From contig JADGRG010000153.1 in assembly GCA_017881145.1 (NCBI GenBank), forward strand, positions 1-31,544: a stretch of 31,544 nucleotides of DNA, in the 5' to 3' direction. Position 1 is the stretch's first letter. Each line of letters begins with the position of its first letter. This stretch comes from Sandaracinaceae bacterium. GTDB taxonomy: Bacteria; Myxococcota_A; Polyangia; Polyangiales; JAFGIB01. The translations under genes were made by a program, and so were the position numbers. Below, piece by piece: positions 16,414-25,664 of this stretch. The notes below the pieces were generated by a model that was not told where the DNA came from, made no database searches, and was given only the letters and a program-made list of their open reading frames with translations.

Positions 16414-16962
16414 TCAGCGCTTCTTCAGCTGCTGCGTAAGCGTTTCCTTGCCGCGCTGCCAGTTGACGGCACAAAGCTCCCCGGTCTTGAAGCCGTCGAG
16501 CACGCGCAGAATCTCATCGACGTTGCGACCGACCGCGAGGTCGTTGGCTGACGCATAGCGCACGACGCCGTCGGGATCGGCGACGATGGTGGCGCGCAGT
16601 GCTACGCCGGCCGTGGGATGCACGATGCCCAGCGCCTGCGCGAGCGTCGGCGACACGAAGAGCAGCGGATGCTGCAGGTTCTTCAGGTCCGGATGCGACT
16701 TGCGCCACGCGAGGTGGGAGTGTTCGTTGTCGGTCGAGCCGCCGAGCACCACCGCGTCACGTTCCGCGAAGGCTGCCAGCTTGTTGTTGAAGTCGACGAT
16801 CTCGGTCGGACACACGAAGGTGAAGTCCTTGGGATACGTGTAGAGCACGATCCATTTGCCGGGGAAGTCCTTCGAGCTGATGTCAGCGAACTCTTTGCCG
16901 GCCTCGATGCTGACGCACGCGGTGGCTTTGAACTCCGGGAGCTTGGTGCCTGGGATGATCAT
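16414..16962 (-). CDS. ahpC: 2-Cys peroxiredoxin (AhpC)
   Basis: Peroxidatic motif YPKDFTFVCPTEI and resolving Cys in ELCAVNW. SD AGGAG at 16971-16975 on the minus strand. Confidence 0.95.
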   Translation of the reverse strand: MIIPGTKLPEFKATACVSIEAGKEFADISSKDFPGKWIVLYTYPKDFTFVCPTEIVDFNNKLAAFAERDAVVLGGSTDNEHSHLAWRKSHPDLKNLQHPLLFVSPTLAQALGIVHPTAGVALRATIVADPDGVVRYASANDLAVGRNVDEILRVLDGFKTGELCAVNWQRGKETLTQQLKKR

Positions 16963-17252
16963 GGGGTCGTCTCCTGTGTGGGTGAGTTACGCGAGCGGGT
17001 TGGCTCGCGGGTTTGCGCGTTGGTTTGCTCGTGGCCACATACCTGACGCAACGGAATCCTGGCAAGCGTTCCCGCGCGCGACGGAGTACTCCCACCACAG
17101 GTCGGGTAGCAACCGAGCTTGCGATGAGGTACGCAAAGGCCTGCGTATGTGTGACGGGCCGGCAGGTTGCAGCGGCTTGGAGATTTCGCGGCCTCGGCCC
17201 TACAGAAAGGCTCGACGTCGGCCGTAAACAAGCAAGGACACTAGCGTCGAGC

Positions 17253-20200
17253 ATGCGGACTACCGGGCACTGGGTCGAGCAGTTGAGCCAGCTTCACCGG
17301 CTGAAGACGCTCGAGGAGCAACGCGCGGTCTGGCGCCAGGGCATGGCCCAGCTTGCGGCCGCGGCGGCAGACCAACGTGCGGTGCCTCTCGAAGGCGCCA
17401 ACCCGGAAGACCTGGTGGCCAGTGCGCGGGTGGCGCTGCAGGCCTGCCTGGTCGATGACGTCGATTGGCTCTCGCCGCCAGCAGCTGCAGCCGCCATCCA
17501 TGAGCTGGCTACGGCCTTGCCGCATGGTGCCGAACGCAAGGAGCTCTCGCGCCGAGCCCTGCAGCGCATGGAGCACGGCGATGGCTCGACCTTCGTCGCG
17601 CTGGCGACGGCGCTTGCTCTCGGAACGACCGAGGGCATCGCGCCGGAGACGTTGCGCAGCCGCATCGCGCTCTGTCTGGCACTGCCCACCGGTGGTGGCA
17701 CGCAGGTGGACGCCATGGCGCTCGCTCTGATCTCGCGCACCGAGTTGCAGAGCGAATACCTCTTGCGTGGAGCCACCGGCTCACTGCCGTCGCGGCGTCT
17801 GGCTGCACGCTTGCTCGAAAGAGCTGCGCGCGAGGCCGCTCGACGATCGAGTCTGGGTGACGACGCCGGCCTCAAGGTCTTCGCCAGCGAAGCCGTGACT
17901 GCCGTGTGGCGGCGCCTCTTGGCGGATCGCGAATCGCTGGTCTGGCGTCACGTTGCCACCGCACGCGGTCTGCTCTCGCGCGCGGTGAGCGAGCTCGACG
18001 CGGAGATCGAGCGCAACCTGGAACCCGATCTCTCCCCCACCGAGTGGCGTCGCGCGGCGGCCTCGCTCGCGGCGCGCATCGCCGTCGCTCCCAGTGCAGC
18101 GCTCGCCCGCGCTCGTTCGCTCTTTGGCACACAGCTCTTCGTCAAGGACCGTGGTTTGGCGGGAGCCATGGTCTTCGGTCTACCTCGCGCCGCCGAGATC
18201 GAGCCGGAGACCGCCGAGTTGCTGCTGGAATCGCTGATCGAAATCGGCGGAAGCTACGCCATCGAATCGCTGGTGGAGCTCCTGCGCGAGCAACCGGGCA
18301 GCGGCTTTGGACGGCGTGCCGCGGAGCTTGCGGCTCAGCGCTTGCGTGGCGAGCTGCAGCGACCCGAGACCAGCGACACCGCCGGCAACCGCGCCAGCGC
18401 TTCGCTGATGCTCGATCACTTGCAGGCGGCGAAGAATGGCCGGGTCACGCCGCTTGCCGCGCGGTTCTCGCAGGCTCTCGAGGTGTTTGCCGAGCACAGC
18501 GCCGACGCTGCCTTTGCAGCGGCCGCAGCCGGCCTCGGCGACCTCGATGGCGCGCTCGAACAACTGGCGCGCACCAGCGAGACCAGTGCAGCGGGGCGCC
18601 ACCAAGTCCTGCGTTTGCTCAGCGACATCGATACCGGGTTGTTGCAGTCGTCGCTGGTCAGAGATCTGCTCGCGCTCGGCGGTGACCTGGGCCGCTCGGC
18701 GTTGCAGCATGTGGACGAGCTCTTCGAGCAGCTCAACACTTGGCTGCTCACACATGAGAGCGCCGCGGCTTCGGGCGCGGTCGTCGACGCCACGCTGCGC
18801 ATGCGACGCTTGGTGACGCTCCTACACTTGATGGACGCGGAGTCGGGCCACGAGCCGAACTCCGCGCCCGGCAAGTCGCGGCGTGTGCGCGTCGCCAACA
18901 CGCTCCTGACGGAGCTGCGGCAGCATGCGGCAGGAGGTTTCCGGCGCGTACTCTGCGCGACCTTGGCGCGTGCCTTCGACGCCATGGAGCGCGAAGACGC
19001 CTTCGAGATCTCGGACCTGGTACTGGTGGTTTCAAGCACTCTCGACTCCGCCGACGACATCCAGACGCTGGCCGAAGCCTCCATGGTGCCTGCGCTAGAG
19101 ACCAGTCTCTTCGCGTTGGCCCAGCTCATGCGCAGCGGCGTGACAGCGGCCAACGACGGTCCGGCGCGGCGGCAGCGGTTGGATGCGCTGCGCGCTTTTG
19201 TTGCAGCTCTGCCTGCTGCCAGCTCGCCGCGTGTTTCGGCGTTGCGCCGCGCGCTGCTCGATCTACACCGCAGTCTCGACGCGCTGGCCGGCTTGCGTTG
19301 CCTTGCGGACATCGATCCCAACGGTGTAGCGCTGCTCGAACAAGCCACGCACACGCTTGCGCTCTTGCTGGCCGGAGCGAGCCGACGCGTGCTCCTTTCA
19401 CCCAGCCTGCGAAGCATGAGCTTCGGCGATGCGCTGCGCGAGCTCACGCTGGCGCTCGACGGAGTGCGCGACGGCTCTCGACTCGCGAGCTTCGAGTGCT
19501 CGCTCAACGCGCTCAGCGAGTCCCTGGCCACTGATCTGCCGCGCTGGCTCGCACAGACCATCGAATCGGTTCTGGAGACGCTGCGCAGGCTGCCACTGCA
19601 GGCGCTCTCCAGCCACGGCAACAGTATGCCGCCGGCAGCTCGCGAGAGACCGCTGCCCCCGTGGGTGCCACCGAGCCGTACGCTCGGTGGCTTCCACATC
19701 GTCGAGCCACTCGGAGAAGGCAGCGGTGGCTCGGTGTTCGTGGTCAAGCGCGTCGACGAGCGTCACAAACCCAATGCCCAACGCTTTGCGCTGAAGGTGC
19801 CCTCCTACGATGGACAGGCTGCGCGCGCTCTCTCGGAACAGCAGTTCTTGAAGCTCTTCCGCGAAGAGGCCGGCGCGCTCCTGGCTCTCCCTGACGACCA
19901 TCCGAACCTGGCGGGCTTCGTGACCTTCGACGCAGGCGTCAAGCCCAAACCCGTGCTGGTGATGGAGCTGGTGGAAGGAATCTCGCTTGCCCGTCTGCTG
20001 GAACGGCGCAACCTTTCGACCATCGACGCGTTGGACATTCTCGACGGTGTGGCAGCGGGACTGCAGGCCATGCACGACCTGGGCATCGCGCACCTCGATC
20101 TCAAGCCGCTCAACATCGTGCTGCGCGAGAGCGTTCGAGACGCTCTGCTCGACCGCGCAGCGCCCGCCAGCGCGCTAGATCCGGTGCTCGTCGACTTCGG

Positions 20201-20612
20201 GCTTTCCGGAAGGCGACTGCGGCCGGGCTGCGCGACCGCGAACTACGGCGCGCCGGAGGTCTGGGGCTTCATGTCCAAAGGCGAGACCAGCGACCCTCGA
20301 CCTGCAGACGTCTACGCCTTTGCTTGCCTCGCCTACGAAACCCTCACTGGCTCCGATCTCTTCAAGGCACCGAGCGAGATGGCGATGATTGCAGCTCATA
20401 TCAGCCACGATGGTCTGCCCGACCCGCTGGCCAGCTGGCAGAGTGATCCCACACTCGCTCTACTTTCGGCATGGCTGCAGCACGGCTTGCGCCGCAATCC
20501 CGGCGATCGTCTGACCATCGATGGGTTGCGCGAACAACTCAGAGAGCTGCGACCCGCGCTCCACGAAGTGAGCTGGCCCTTGTCGCTGGCTGCGCCACAT
20601 CGCGCCGCGTAG
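17253..20612 (+). CDS. Hanks-type Ser/Thr kinase with C-terminal kinase domain and a large helical N-terminal region
   Basis: Motifs GEGSGG, ALKVP, HLDLKPLN, DFG, YGAPE, DVYAFAC in the last ~310 aa. ATG 17253 follows AAGGA; the ORF-track start at 17013 is probably too far upstream. Confidence 0.88.
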   Translation: MRTTGHWVEQLSQLHRLKTLEEQRAVWRQGMAQLAAAAADQRAVPLEGANPEDLVASARVALQACLVDDVDWLSPPAAAAAIHELATALPHGAERKELSRRALQRMEHGDGSTFVALATALALGTTEGIAPETLRSRIALCLALPTGGGTQVDAMALALISRTELQSEYLLRGATGSLPSRRLAARLLERAAREAARRSSLGDDAGLKVFASEAVTAVWRRLLADRESLVWRHVATARGLLSRAVSELDAEIERNLEPDLSPTEWRRAAASLAARIAVAPSAALARARSLFGTQLFVKDRGLAGAMVFGLPRAAEIEPETAELLLESLIEIGGSYAIESLVELLREQPGSGFGRRAAELAAQRLRGELQRPETSDTAGNRASASLMLDHLQAAKNGRVTPLAARFSQALEVFAEHSADAAFAAAAAGLGDLDGALEQLARTSETSAAGRHQVLRLLSDIDTGLLQSSLVRDLLALGGDLGRSALQHVDELFEQLNTWLLTHESAAASGAVVDATLRMRRLVTLLHLMDAESGHEPNSAPGKSRRVRVANTLLTELRQHAAGGFRRVLCATLARAFDAMEREDAFEISDLVLVVSSTLDSADDIQTLAEASMVPALETSLFALAQLMRSGVTAANDGPARRQRLDALRAFVAALPAASSPRVSALRRALLDLHRSLDALAGLRCLADIDPNGVALLEQATHTLALLLAGASRRVLLSPSLRSMSFGDALRELTLALDGVRDGSRLASFECSLNALSESLATDLPRWLAQTIESVLETLRRLPLQALSSHGNSMPPAARERPLPPWVPPSRTLGGFHIVEPLGEGSGGSVFVVKRVDERHKPNAQRFALKVPSYDGQAARALSEQQFLKLFREEAGALLALPDDHPNLAGFVTFDAGVKPKPVLVMELVEGISLARLLERRNLSTIDALDILDGVAAGLQAMHDLGIAHLDLKPLNIVLRESVRDALLDRAAPASALDPVLVDFGLSGRRLRPGCATANYGAPEVWGFMSKGETSDPRPADVYAFACLAYETLTGSDLFKAPSEMAMIAAHISHDGLPDPLASWQSDPTLALLSAWLQHGLRRNPGDRLTIDGLREQLRELRPALHEVSWPLSLAAPHRAA

Positions 20613-20749
20613 GTGGCACCAGCGAAGGTGCGCATCGCGCGTTGCACGAACGCCAGCGCGACGCTGGCTGGCGGCGCAAGCGTCTGCTAAGAGGTCAAGT
20701 CGACTTCGGGACCAGCAACGCAGTGATGTAGAAAGAGCGCCAGGCGAAG

Positions 20750-22105
20750 ATGCGCAACCTCGATGGACTCTGGGCGGAACCGAAACACATAGTGGCCATC
20801 TGTGGAGGCGCCGTCTCCGGTGCAGAGGCCGCAGCGTACTGCGCCTCGCGCGGGGTGCTGGCTGTGGTCTTCGAGCAAAACGCGCGTCCCTATGGCAAGA
20901 TCGAAGACGGTTTGCCGCGCTGGCACGACAAGCTGCGCACGCAGGAATATGCGCGCATCGACGAGAACCTCTCGCGCGACGGCGTGCTCTTCGTGCCGAA
21001 CACTCTGGTTGGCCGTGACATCGCATTTGCCGAACTCGCGCAGGAGCTCGGTTTCTCTGCTGTGATGCTCGCCAACGGTGCGTGGCGAGATCGGCCGCTC
21101 GCCTTGCCGGGTGTCGAAGCGTTCTTGGGCCGAGGTCTGGTTTATCAGAACTCGTTCGTGCACTGGTTCAATCACTGCGATGAGCCCGGCTACGCTGGGC
21201 CGAGCTATCAGGTCACCGATAACGCGATCGTGGTGGGTGGTGGTTTGGCTTCGATCGACGTCGTGAAAGCCATCAACCTGCAGCTCTACCGCGATGCGCT
21301 GGCGGCGCGCGGGATCGCCGTGTCCATCGTGGAGCTGGAGCACCAAGGCATCGCCAAGACGCTGGCCGCGCACGGGCTCACCCCCGAAACGCTGGGGGTC
21401 GCCGGCGCGACGCTATACTACCGCAGACGCAAGCGCGACATGCCGGTGGCGTTTCCCAAGGACCAGAGCGCCGAGCAGGTGGCCAAGACCGAAGCCGTGC
21501 GAGACAAGCTCGTGCAAGTGCTGGCGCAGAAGTACTTCGTGAAGGTCGCCGAGTGCGAAGTGCCGGTGTCGCCCATCATCGAAGCCGAGCGCTTGGTCGG
21601 TCTGCGCTTTCGCAAGAGCGAGTTGCAGGACGGAAAGTGGGTCGAAGTCCCCGGCTCGGAGCACGACGTGCGTGCAGGCTTGATCGTGAGCTCGATCGGC
21701 AGTGTGCCCCAGCCAATCGCAGGCGTTCCTACCAAGGGTGAGCTTTACGACTACGCGGACTGGTCCACCGGCGAAGTGCGCGGGCTGCCTTCGGTGTTTG
21801 GGCTCGGCAACGTGCTGACCGGTAAGGGCAACATCAAGGACAGTCGCGAGAATGCGCGACAGGTCTCGCAGAAAGTCGTGGAACCCTACCTGGGCGTGAC
21901 TGACCAGCCTTCGGATGGCTGGCTCGACGGTGCACACGAGCGGGCGCGTGAGGCAGCAGGCCAGGTGCTCGCTCGCGCGACGCAGACGCCAAAGCTCGCA
22001 GCGGAACGGGTTCGGGCCATCGTGGAGCGCGTGCAAGCGCGCTGGCAGCAGGTCGGCTACACCGGTGACTATCGCACTTGGCTCGCCGCGCACCCCGCGA
22101 AGTGA
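20750..22105 (+). CDS. FAD-dependent NAD(P)H oxidoreductase (ferredoxin/adrenodoxin-reductase-like)
   Basis: N-terminal Rossmann-like 'AICGGAVSGAEAA...VFEQ', 'PYG.IEDG.P.WH', second dinucleotide motif 'VVGGGLASIDV', basic 'YRRR', C-terminal 'SIGS.P' and 'GNV.TGKGNI..S'. Confidence 0.8.
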   Translation: MRNLDGLWAEPKHIVAICGGAVSGAEAAAYCASRGVLAVVFEQNARPYGKIEDGLPRWHDKLRTQEYARIDENLSRDGVLFVPNTLVGRDIAFAELAQELGFSAVMLANGAWRDRPLALPGVEAFLGRGLVYQNSFVHWFNHCDEPGYAGPSYQVTDNAIVVGGGLASIDVVKAINLQLYRDALAARGIAVSIVELEHQGIAKTLAAHGLTPETLGVAGATLYYRRRKRDMPVAFPKDQSAEQVAKTEAVRDKLVQVLAQKYFVKVAECEVPVSPIIEAERLVGLRFRKSELQDGKWVEVPGSEHDVRAGLIVSSIGSVPQPIAGVPTKGELYDYADWSTGEVRGLPSVFGLGNVLTGKGNIKDSRENARQVSQKVVEPYLGVTDQPSDGWLDGAHERAREAAGQVLARATQTPKLAAERVRAIVERVQARWQQVGYTGDYRTWLAAHPAK

Positions 22106-22292
22106 AGCTCAACTTGCAAGACTGGGCTCGGCTCGGCCGGTCCAGCTGGTGCCTTGCGGGCCGCTTCCCGCTGCGTAGACTTCGCCCCTACCCTCGATTG
22201 TGGCTCGGGCCTCAGGTCCGTTCCCGGCCGCGCAGACGGCCGTGCTCTATCGTGTCAGGCGGGTGTTTCCGCCGGAAGAATGGGTCTGTGTA

Positions 22293-24065
22293 GTGCGCTT
22301 AGGCTTCTTGGCAACGCTTGTCTTGGTTGGCAGCTTTCTCTGCGCGCGCTCTGCTCTGGCCGAACCATCTGAGCGCGCAGTGCAGGCTGGGACCTCCGAG
22401 CTCGATCGAGATGCTGCGGAGCGAAAGGCTCTCGGGCTCAAGGCCAGCGGCATGTCGGGTGAGCGGGCCGCACGCGAGCTTCGGGCGGCACGGGCGAGCG
22501 TGGTCACCGCGGTGGTCGCGCTGCGGCGAGCGGGCTACGGCAACAAGGACGTTGCGGCTGCGCTTTCGACGTTCAATCTGGTCGACACCGACCACCAAGC
22601 CGCGACGCTGCAGAGTGCGGAAGTCTCCGCGGACGAGATCGTCGCCATCCTGAAGGAAGGCCACTCCGCATTTGCACCGGTTCTGGCTCGTGCACTCTCC
22701 AAGTTGAAGGTCGACGACGCCGAGATCGCCAAGGCCCTGCGCCACAACGGCTACGAGCCTGCCAATATCGTCCACGCGCTCGAAGCGTTGGGCATGGACG
22801 CAAGCGACAGCGCCAAGGCGCTCGCTCAGGCGGACTACGCGCCCGGCAAGGTGGCGCTGGCCCTCAAGGACTCACAGCACACGGCCACCGCCACGGCCGT
22901 CGCCTTGCGCGCGACTGGGCTGGCGCAAGGCGCGGTGGTAGCCGCACTGGAGGAAGCTGGGCTCTCCGCCAAGGACATCGCCAAAGAGCTGCGTTTGCAG
23001 GGAAATTCGTTCAATCAGGTCGCACAGGCGTTGCAGGCCACGGGCTACGCGACCACGGCCATCGGGCAGGCGCTCAAGGACGCTGGCGCCGACACGCAAA
23101 CCCAGGTGGCGGCGCTGCGCAGCGTCGGCACCAAGGGTAGCGAGCTCATCGCCGTGTTGCAGGCCCAGAAGCTTGCACCTGCAGAGCTCGGCAAAGTCCT
23201 GCTCGGCGCCAAGCTGACTCCGGAGGCCGCGATCGATGCGATGCGCAACGCTGGCATGGATTGGCGCTCGGTGATCAAAGCGTTGCATGGCGCGGGCGTT
23301 CGCGCGGACCTGATCGCCAAGAGTGGCAAGGCGCGCAGGCTGGATGCCGGTGAGCTGGTCGCGGGCCTGGCGGAGAGCGGCTTGGCCACCTCCGAGCTGA
23401 TCGCCGCGGTGCAAGCTGCCAAATACTCGCTGCGAGACATCGCGTGGGCGTTGCGAGCCGGCGACGTGGCGCCCACGGAAATCGCGCTCGCGCTCAAGGC
23501 CAACGGCGTCAAGCAAGCCGATGTGACCGTGACCTTGCATGCGCTCAAGCTGAGCGACGAGCAGATCGTCGCCGCGCTCAAAGGCGCTGACTATCCGCTG
23601 GCTTCGATCGCGAGCGAAATCACCTCCCAAAAGCTCTCGCTCGGCAAGATCGCCTTCGTGCTCAAAGAGGCTGGCAGCACCTGTGAGGCTCTTGCCGAAG
23701 CGTTCAAAGCCAACGGCGTGGCTCGCGGCAAGATCGCCGACGCGCTCAAGCAAGCCAATTGCGACGCGCTGGAGCTGGCGCGTGCGCTCTTTGCGCTGGG
23801 CGCCTCGCGGCAAGATCTCGCAGCTGAGCTCAAGCGCCTCAACTACGATCGGACATGGGTCGCCCGCGCGCTCAAGACTCTGGGCGCAAGTGCGAGTGAG
23901 ACTGCCGCCATCATGCGTGCCTCGCGCTATTCCACCGGCGATGCAGCGCTCGCGCTGCGCCTCTGCGAGCTCTCCGCAGCCGCCGTCAGCAGCGCGCTAA
24001 AGTCGGCGAACTTCCCTCAAGCCGAGATCAAGCCCGCGCTCAGCTACGCCGGCTTCAAGGAATAG
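22293..24065 (+). CDS. Secreted protein made of tandem 14-aa helical repeats
   Basis: GTG 22293 gives signal peptide MRLGFLATLVLVGSFLCARSALA|EP. Thirty-three in-register 14-aa units run from 22674 to 24059 (consensus xxx[IV]AxALxxxGxx). Confidence 0.8.
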   Translation: MRLGFLATLVLVGSFLCARSALAEPSERAVQAGTSELDRDAAERKALGLKASGMSGERAARELRAARASVVTAVVALRRAGYGNKDVAAALSTFNLVDTDHQAATLQSAEVSADEIVAILKEGHSAFAPVLARALSKLKVDDAEIAKALRHNGYEPANIVHALEALGMDASDSAKALAQADYAPGKVALALKDSQHTATATAVALRATGLAQGAVVAALEEAGLSAKDIAKELRLQGNSFNQVAQALQATGYATTAIGQALKDAGADTQTQVAALRSVGTKGSELIAVLQAQKLAPAELGKVLLGAKLTPEAAIDAMRNAGMDWRSVIKALHGAGVRADLIAKSGKARRLDAGELVAGLAESGLATSELIAAVQAAKYSLRDIAWALRAGDVAPTEIALALKANGVKQADVTVTLHALKLSDEQIVAALKGADYPLASIASEITSQKLSLGKIAFVLKEAGSTCEALAEAFKANGVARGKIADALKQANCDALELARALFALGASRQDLAAELKRLNYDRTWVARALKTLGASASETAAIMRASRYSTGDAALALRLCELSAAAVSSALKSANFPQAEIKPALSYAGFKE

Positions 24066-24152
24066 GCCGGGCGCCACGCGCTGGCGCAAGCGCGCACAGC
24101 AGGCTAGATCAGCGGACGCAGACCTGCGGTTTCCGGTTCATCGAGCAGCAAG

Positions 24153-24647
24153 ATGCACACTCTTCTCATCGTCACCTCGCTCCTGGGCGCGGCTGTGATC
24201 ATCGCCTGGCGGCTGCGGGAGACCTCGCGGCCGATCACCGCCCGCAAGATCGTGATCCCGCCGCTCGGCATGAGCACGGGTTTCAGCATGTTCGTATATG
24301 CGCCGACACGCATCCCGCTCGCTTGGGGCCTGTCCGCCTTCGCCGTGGGTGCCTGCGTATTCGCCTATCCGCTGGTGAAGACCTCCAAGCTGCTGCGCCA
24401 CGGCGACGACGTTCTCTTGCACCGCTCCAAGGCCTTCCTGTGGATCCTGCTCGGCCTCTTCGCGATCCGCTTTGCCGCGCGCACCTACGTCGAGCAGCTG
24501 ATCAGTCCGATCCAGACCGGTTCCATCTTCTTTCTGCTGGCCTTCGGCATGATCCTGCCCTGGCGCGTGCTGATGTTGCTGGAGTATCGGCGGCTGCTTG
24601 CGACCAGCCCCGCAGAAATCCGCACGCAGAGCGCGACCACAAACTAA
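24153..24647 (+). CDS. ccdC: CcdC/DUF1453-family membrane protein
   Basis: Motifs 'P.TARKIVIPPLGMSTGFSMF', 'L.KTSK', 'L.RSKAFLWIL', 'FFLLAFGMILPWR' resemble recalled Bacillus CcdC. Confidence 0.85.
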   Translation: MHTLLIVTSLLGAAVIIAWRLRETSRPITARKIVIPPLGMSTGFSMFVYAPTRIPLAWGLSAFAVGACVFAYPLVKTSKLLRHGDDVLLHRSKAFLWILLGLFAIRFAARTYVEQLISPIQTGSIFFLLAFGMILPWRVLMLLEYRRLLATSPAEIRTQSATTN

Positions 24648-24676
24648 AGAGCTGTCGAAAAATGGCGCAGAGCGAG
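24648..24676. repeat. Terminal segment of the MITE-like family, copy D
   Basis: AGAGCTGTCGAAAAATGGCGCAGAGCGAG closely matches the reverse complement of the copy A/B right ends. It starts directly after the ccdC stop TAA (24645-24647). Confidence 0.7.
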
Positions 24677-24869
24677 AAGCTCTGCGCAGAGCAGGCCAGC
24701 AAGAACCTGGCGCCTGCACCGTCAACGAAGCAGAGCGCGCATGCGCATCGAGTCCCGCTCCGGCGCGAGTGCCAGGCAAAAGACAAGACCGGCCCAAGCA
24801 TGAGAGTGTCGCAAGACTCGCCGCCCAAACCCCGGCTGCGGCGGCGTGCCTGAAGAAGTGCCCGGCGAC

Positions 24870-25664
24870 ATGCAGACCGACCGCAGCAGAAAAGACCAGG
24901 TGTCCGCGAGCTCCTCGGACGCCAACATCAGAGACCCGAGCGCCTCGGTTGCTGCGCCGACGCGCGCGAAGATCGTGTCGCACCTGTCGGCCGGGCTCGC
25001 TCCTTTCGGTCTCGACTTCGTGCATTCTTTCGACGTGCACCGCTACAACGCAGCAGTGCAGGGTCACCGCTCGCTCTTGGAGCTGCCCGGGTTCGGAAGA
25101 ACCACTGCACTGGCCGTCTTGATCGCAAACTCACGCGCTCTCTGGTCGCCCTTTCTCGCGGCCATGCGCGATACGGTCGCGCTGCGAGAGGCCGCGGATC
25201 CGCTCGATGCCTACGTGGAATCCAGTGTCCGCAGCGTCGTCGCCGAGCTGACCGTTAGGCACGAGGTCTACTTCGCCAGCGAGCGTGAGCTACGACGCGT
25301 CTCCATGCTGCATGCCGCCGATGCTTCCGGCTTTGCACGACGGAGCCCCATGCATTTGGCGGTGCACCCAACGCTGGGGCCGTGGTTTGGGCTGCGCGCT
25401 CTCTTGGTCTTCGATGTCGAAGCCACTGAACGCGGTAGCGATCGGCCGTCCCCGTGCGTGGGTTGCGCGATGCCCTGCGCTCTGCCCTTGCAGCAAGCGC
25501 TTGCGGAGTACCGGCGGCTCGGCGAAGCCTCTGTCAAGTCAGGTTGGAGCTCGTGGCTCGCCGTGCGTGACGCCTGTCCGATTGGGCGCGAGCACCGCTA
25601 TGACGCCGAGCAGATTCACTACCACTATACCAAGGATCGCTCTGCGCTAGCGCGTCTTCTCTAG
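24870..25664 (+). CDS. MMACHC/CblC-like cobalamin-processing protein with a Cys cluster
   Basis: Motifs 'PFGLDFVHSFDV.RYN', 'DPLDAYV', 'AA.ASG.A', 'VHPTLGPWFGLRA.LVF' and 'RDACP.G..HRY..EQI.YHY' follow the recalled CblC motif order. Extra CVGCAMPC motif. Confidence 0.65.
   Translation: MQTDRSRKDQVSASSSDANIRDPSASVAAPTRAKIVSHLSAGLAPFGLDFVHSFDVHRYNAAVQGHRSLLELPGFGRTTALAVLIANSRALWSPFLAAMRDTVALREAADPLDAYVESSVRSVVAELTVRHEVYFASERELRRVSMLHAADASGFARRSPMHLAVHPTLGPWFGLRALLVFDVEATERGSDRPSPCVGCAMPCALPLQQALAEYRRLGEASVKSGWSSWLAVRDACPIGREHRYDAEQIHYHYTKDRSALARLL

Noticed and set aside
17101-17170. Possible c-di-GMP-I riboswitch (GCAA..CC, ACGCAAAG)
   Set aside because: Only fragments of the consensus are present and there is no GAAA tetraloop/receptor pairing. 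An Infernal search against the Rfam c-di-GMP-I model would settle it.
17013-17252. Upstream extension of the kinase ORF
   Set aside because: Covers the divergent ahpC promoter region. The SD-preceded ATG at 17253 is more plausible.
20636-20685. Small GC hairpins after the kinase (and at about 24070-24090) as REP elements
   Set aside because: Short, GC-only stems with weak mutual similarity, expected by chance at this GC content.
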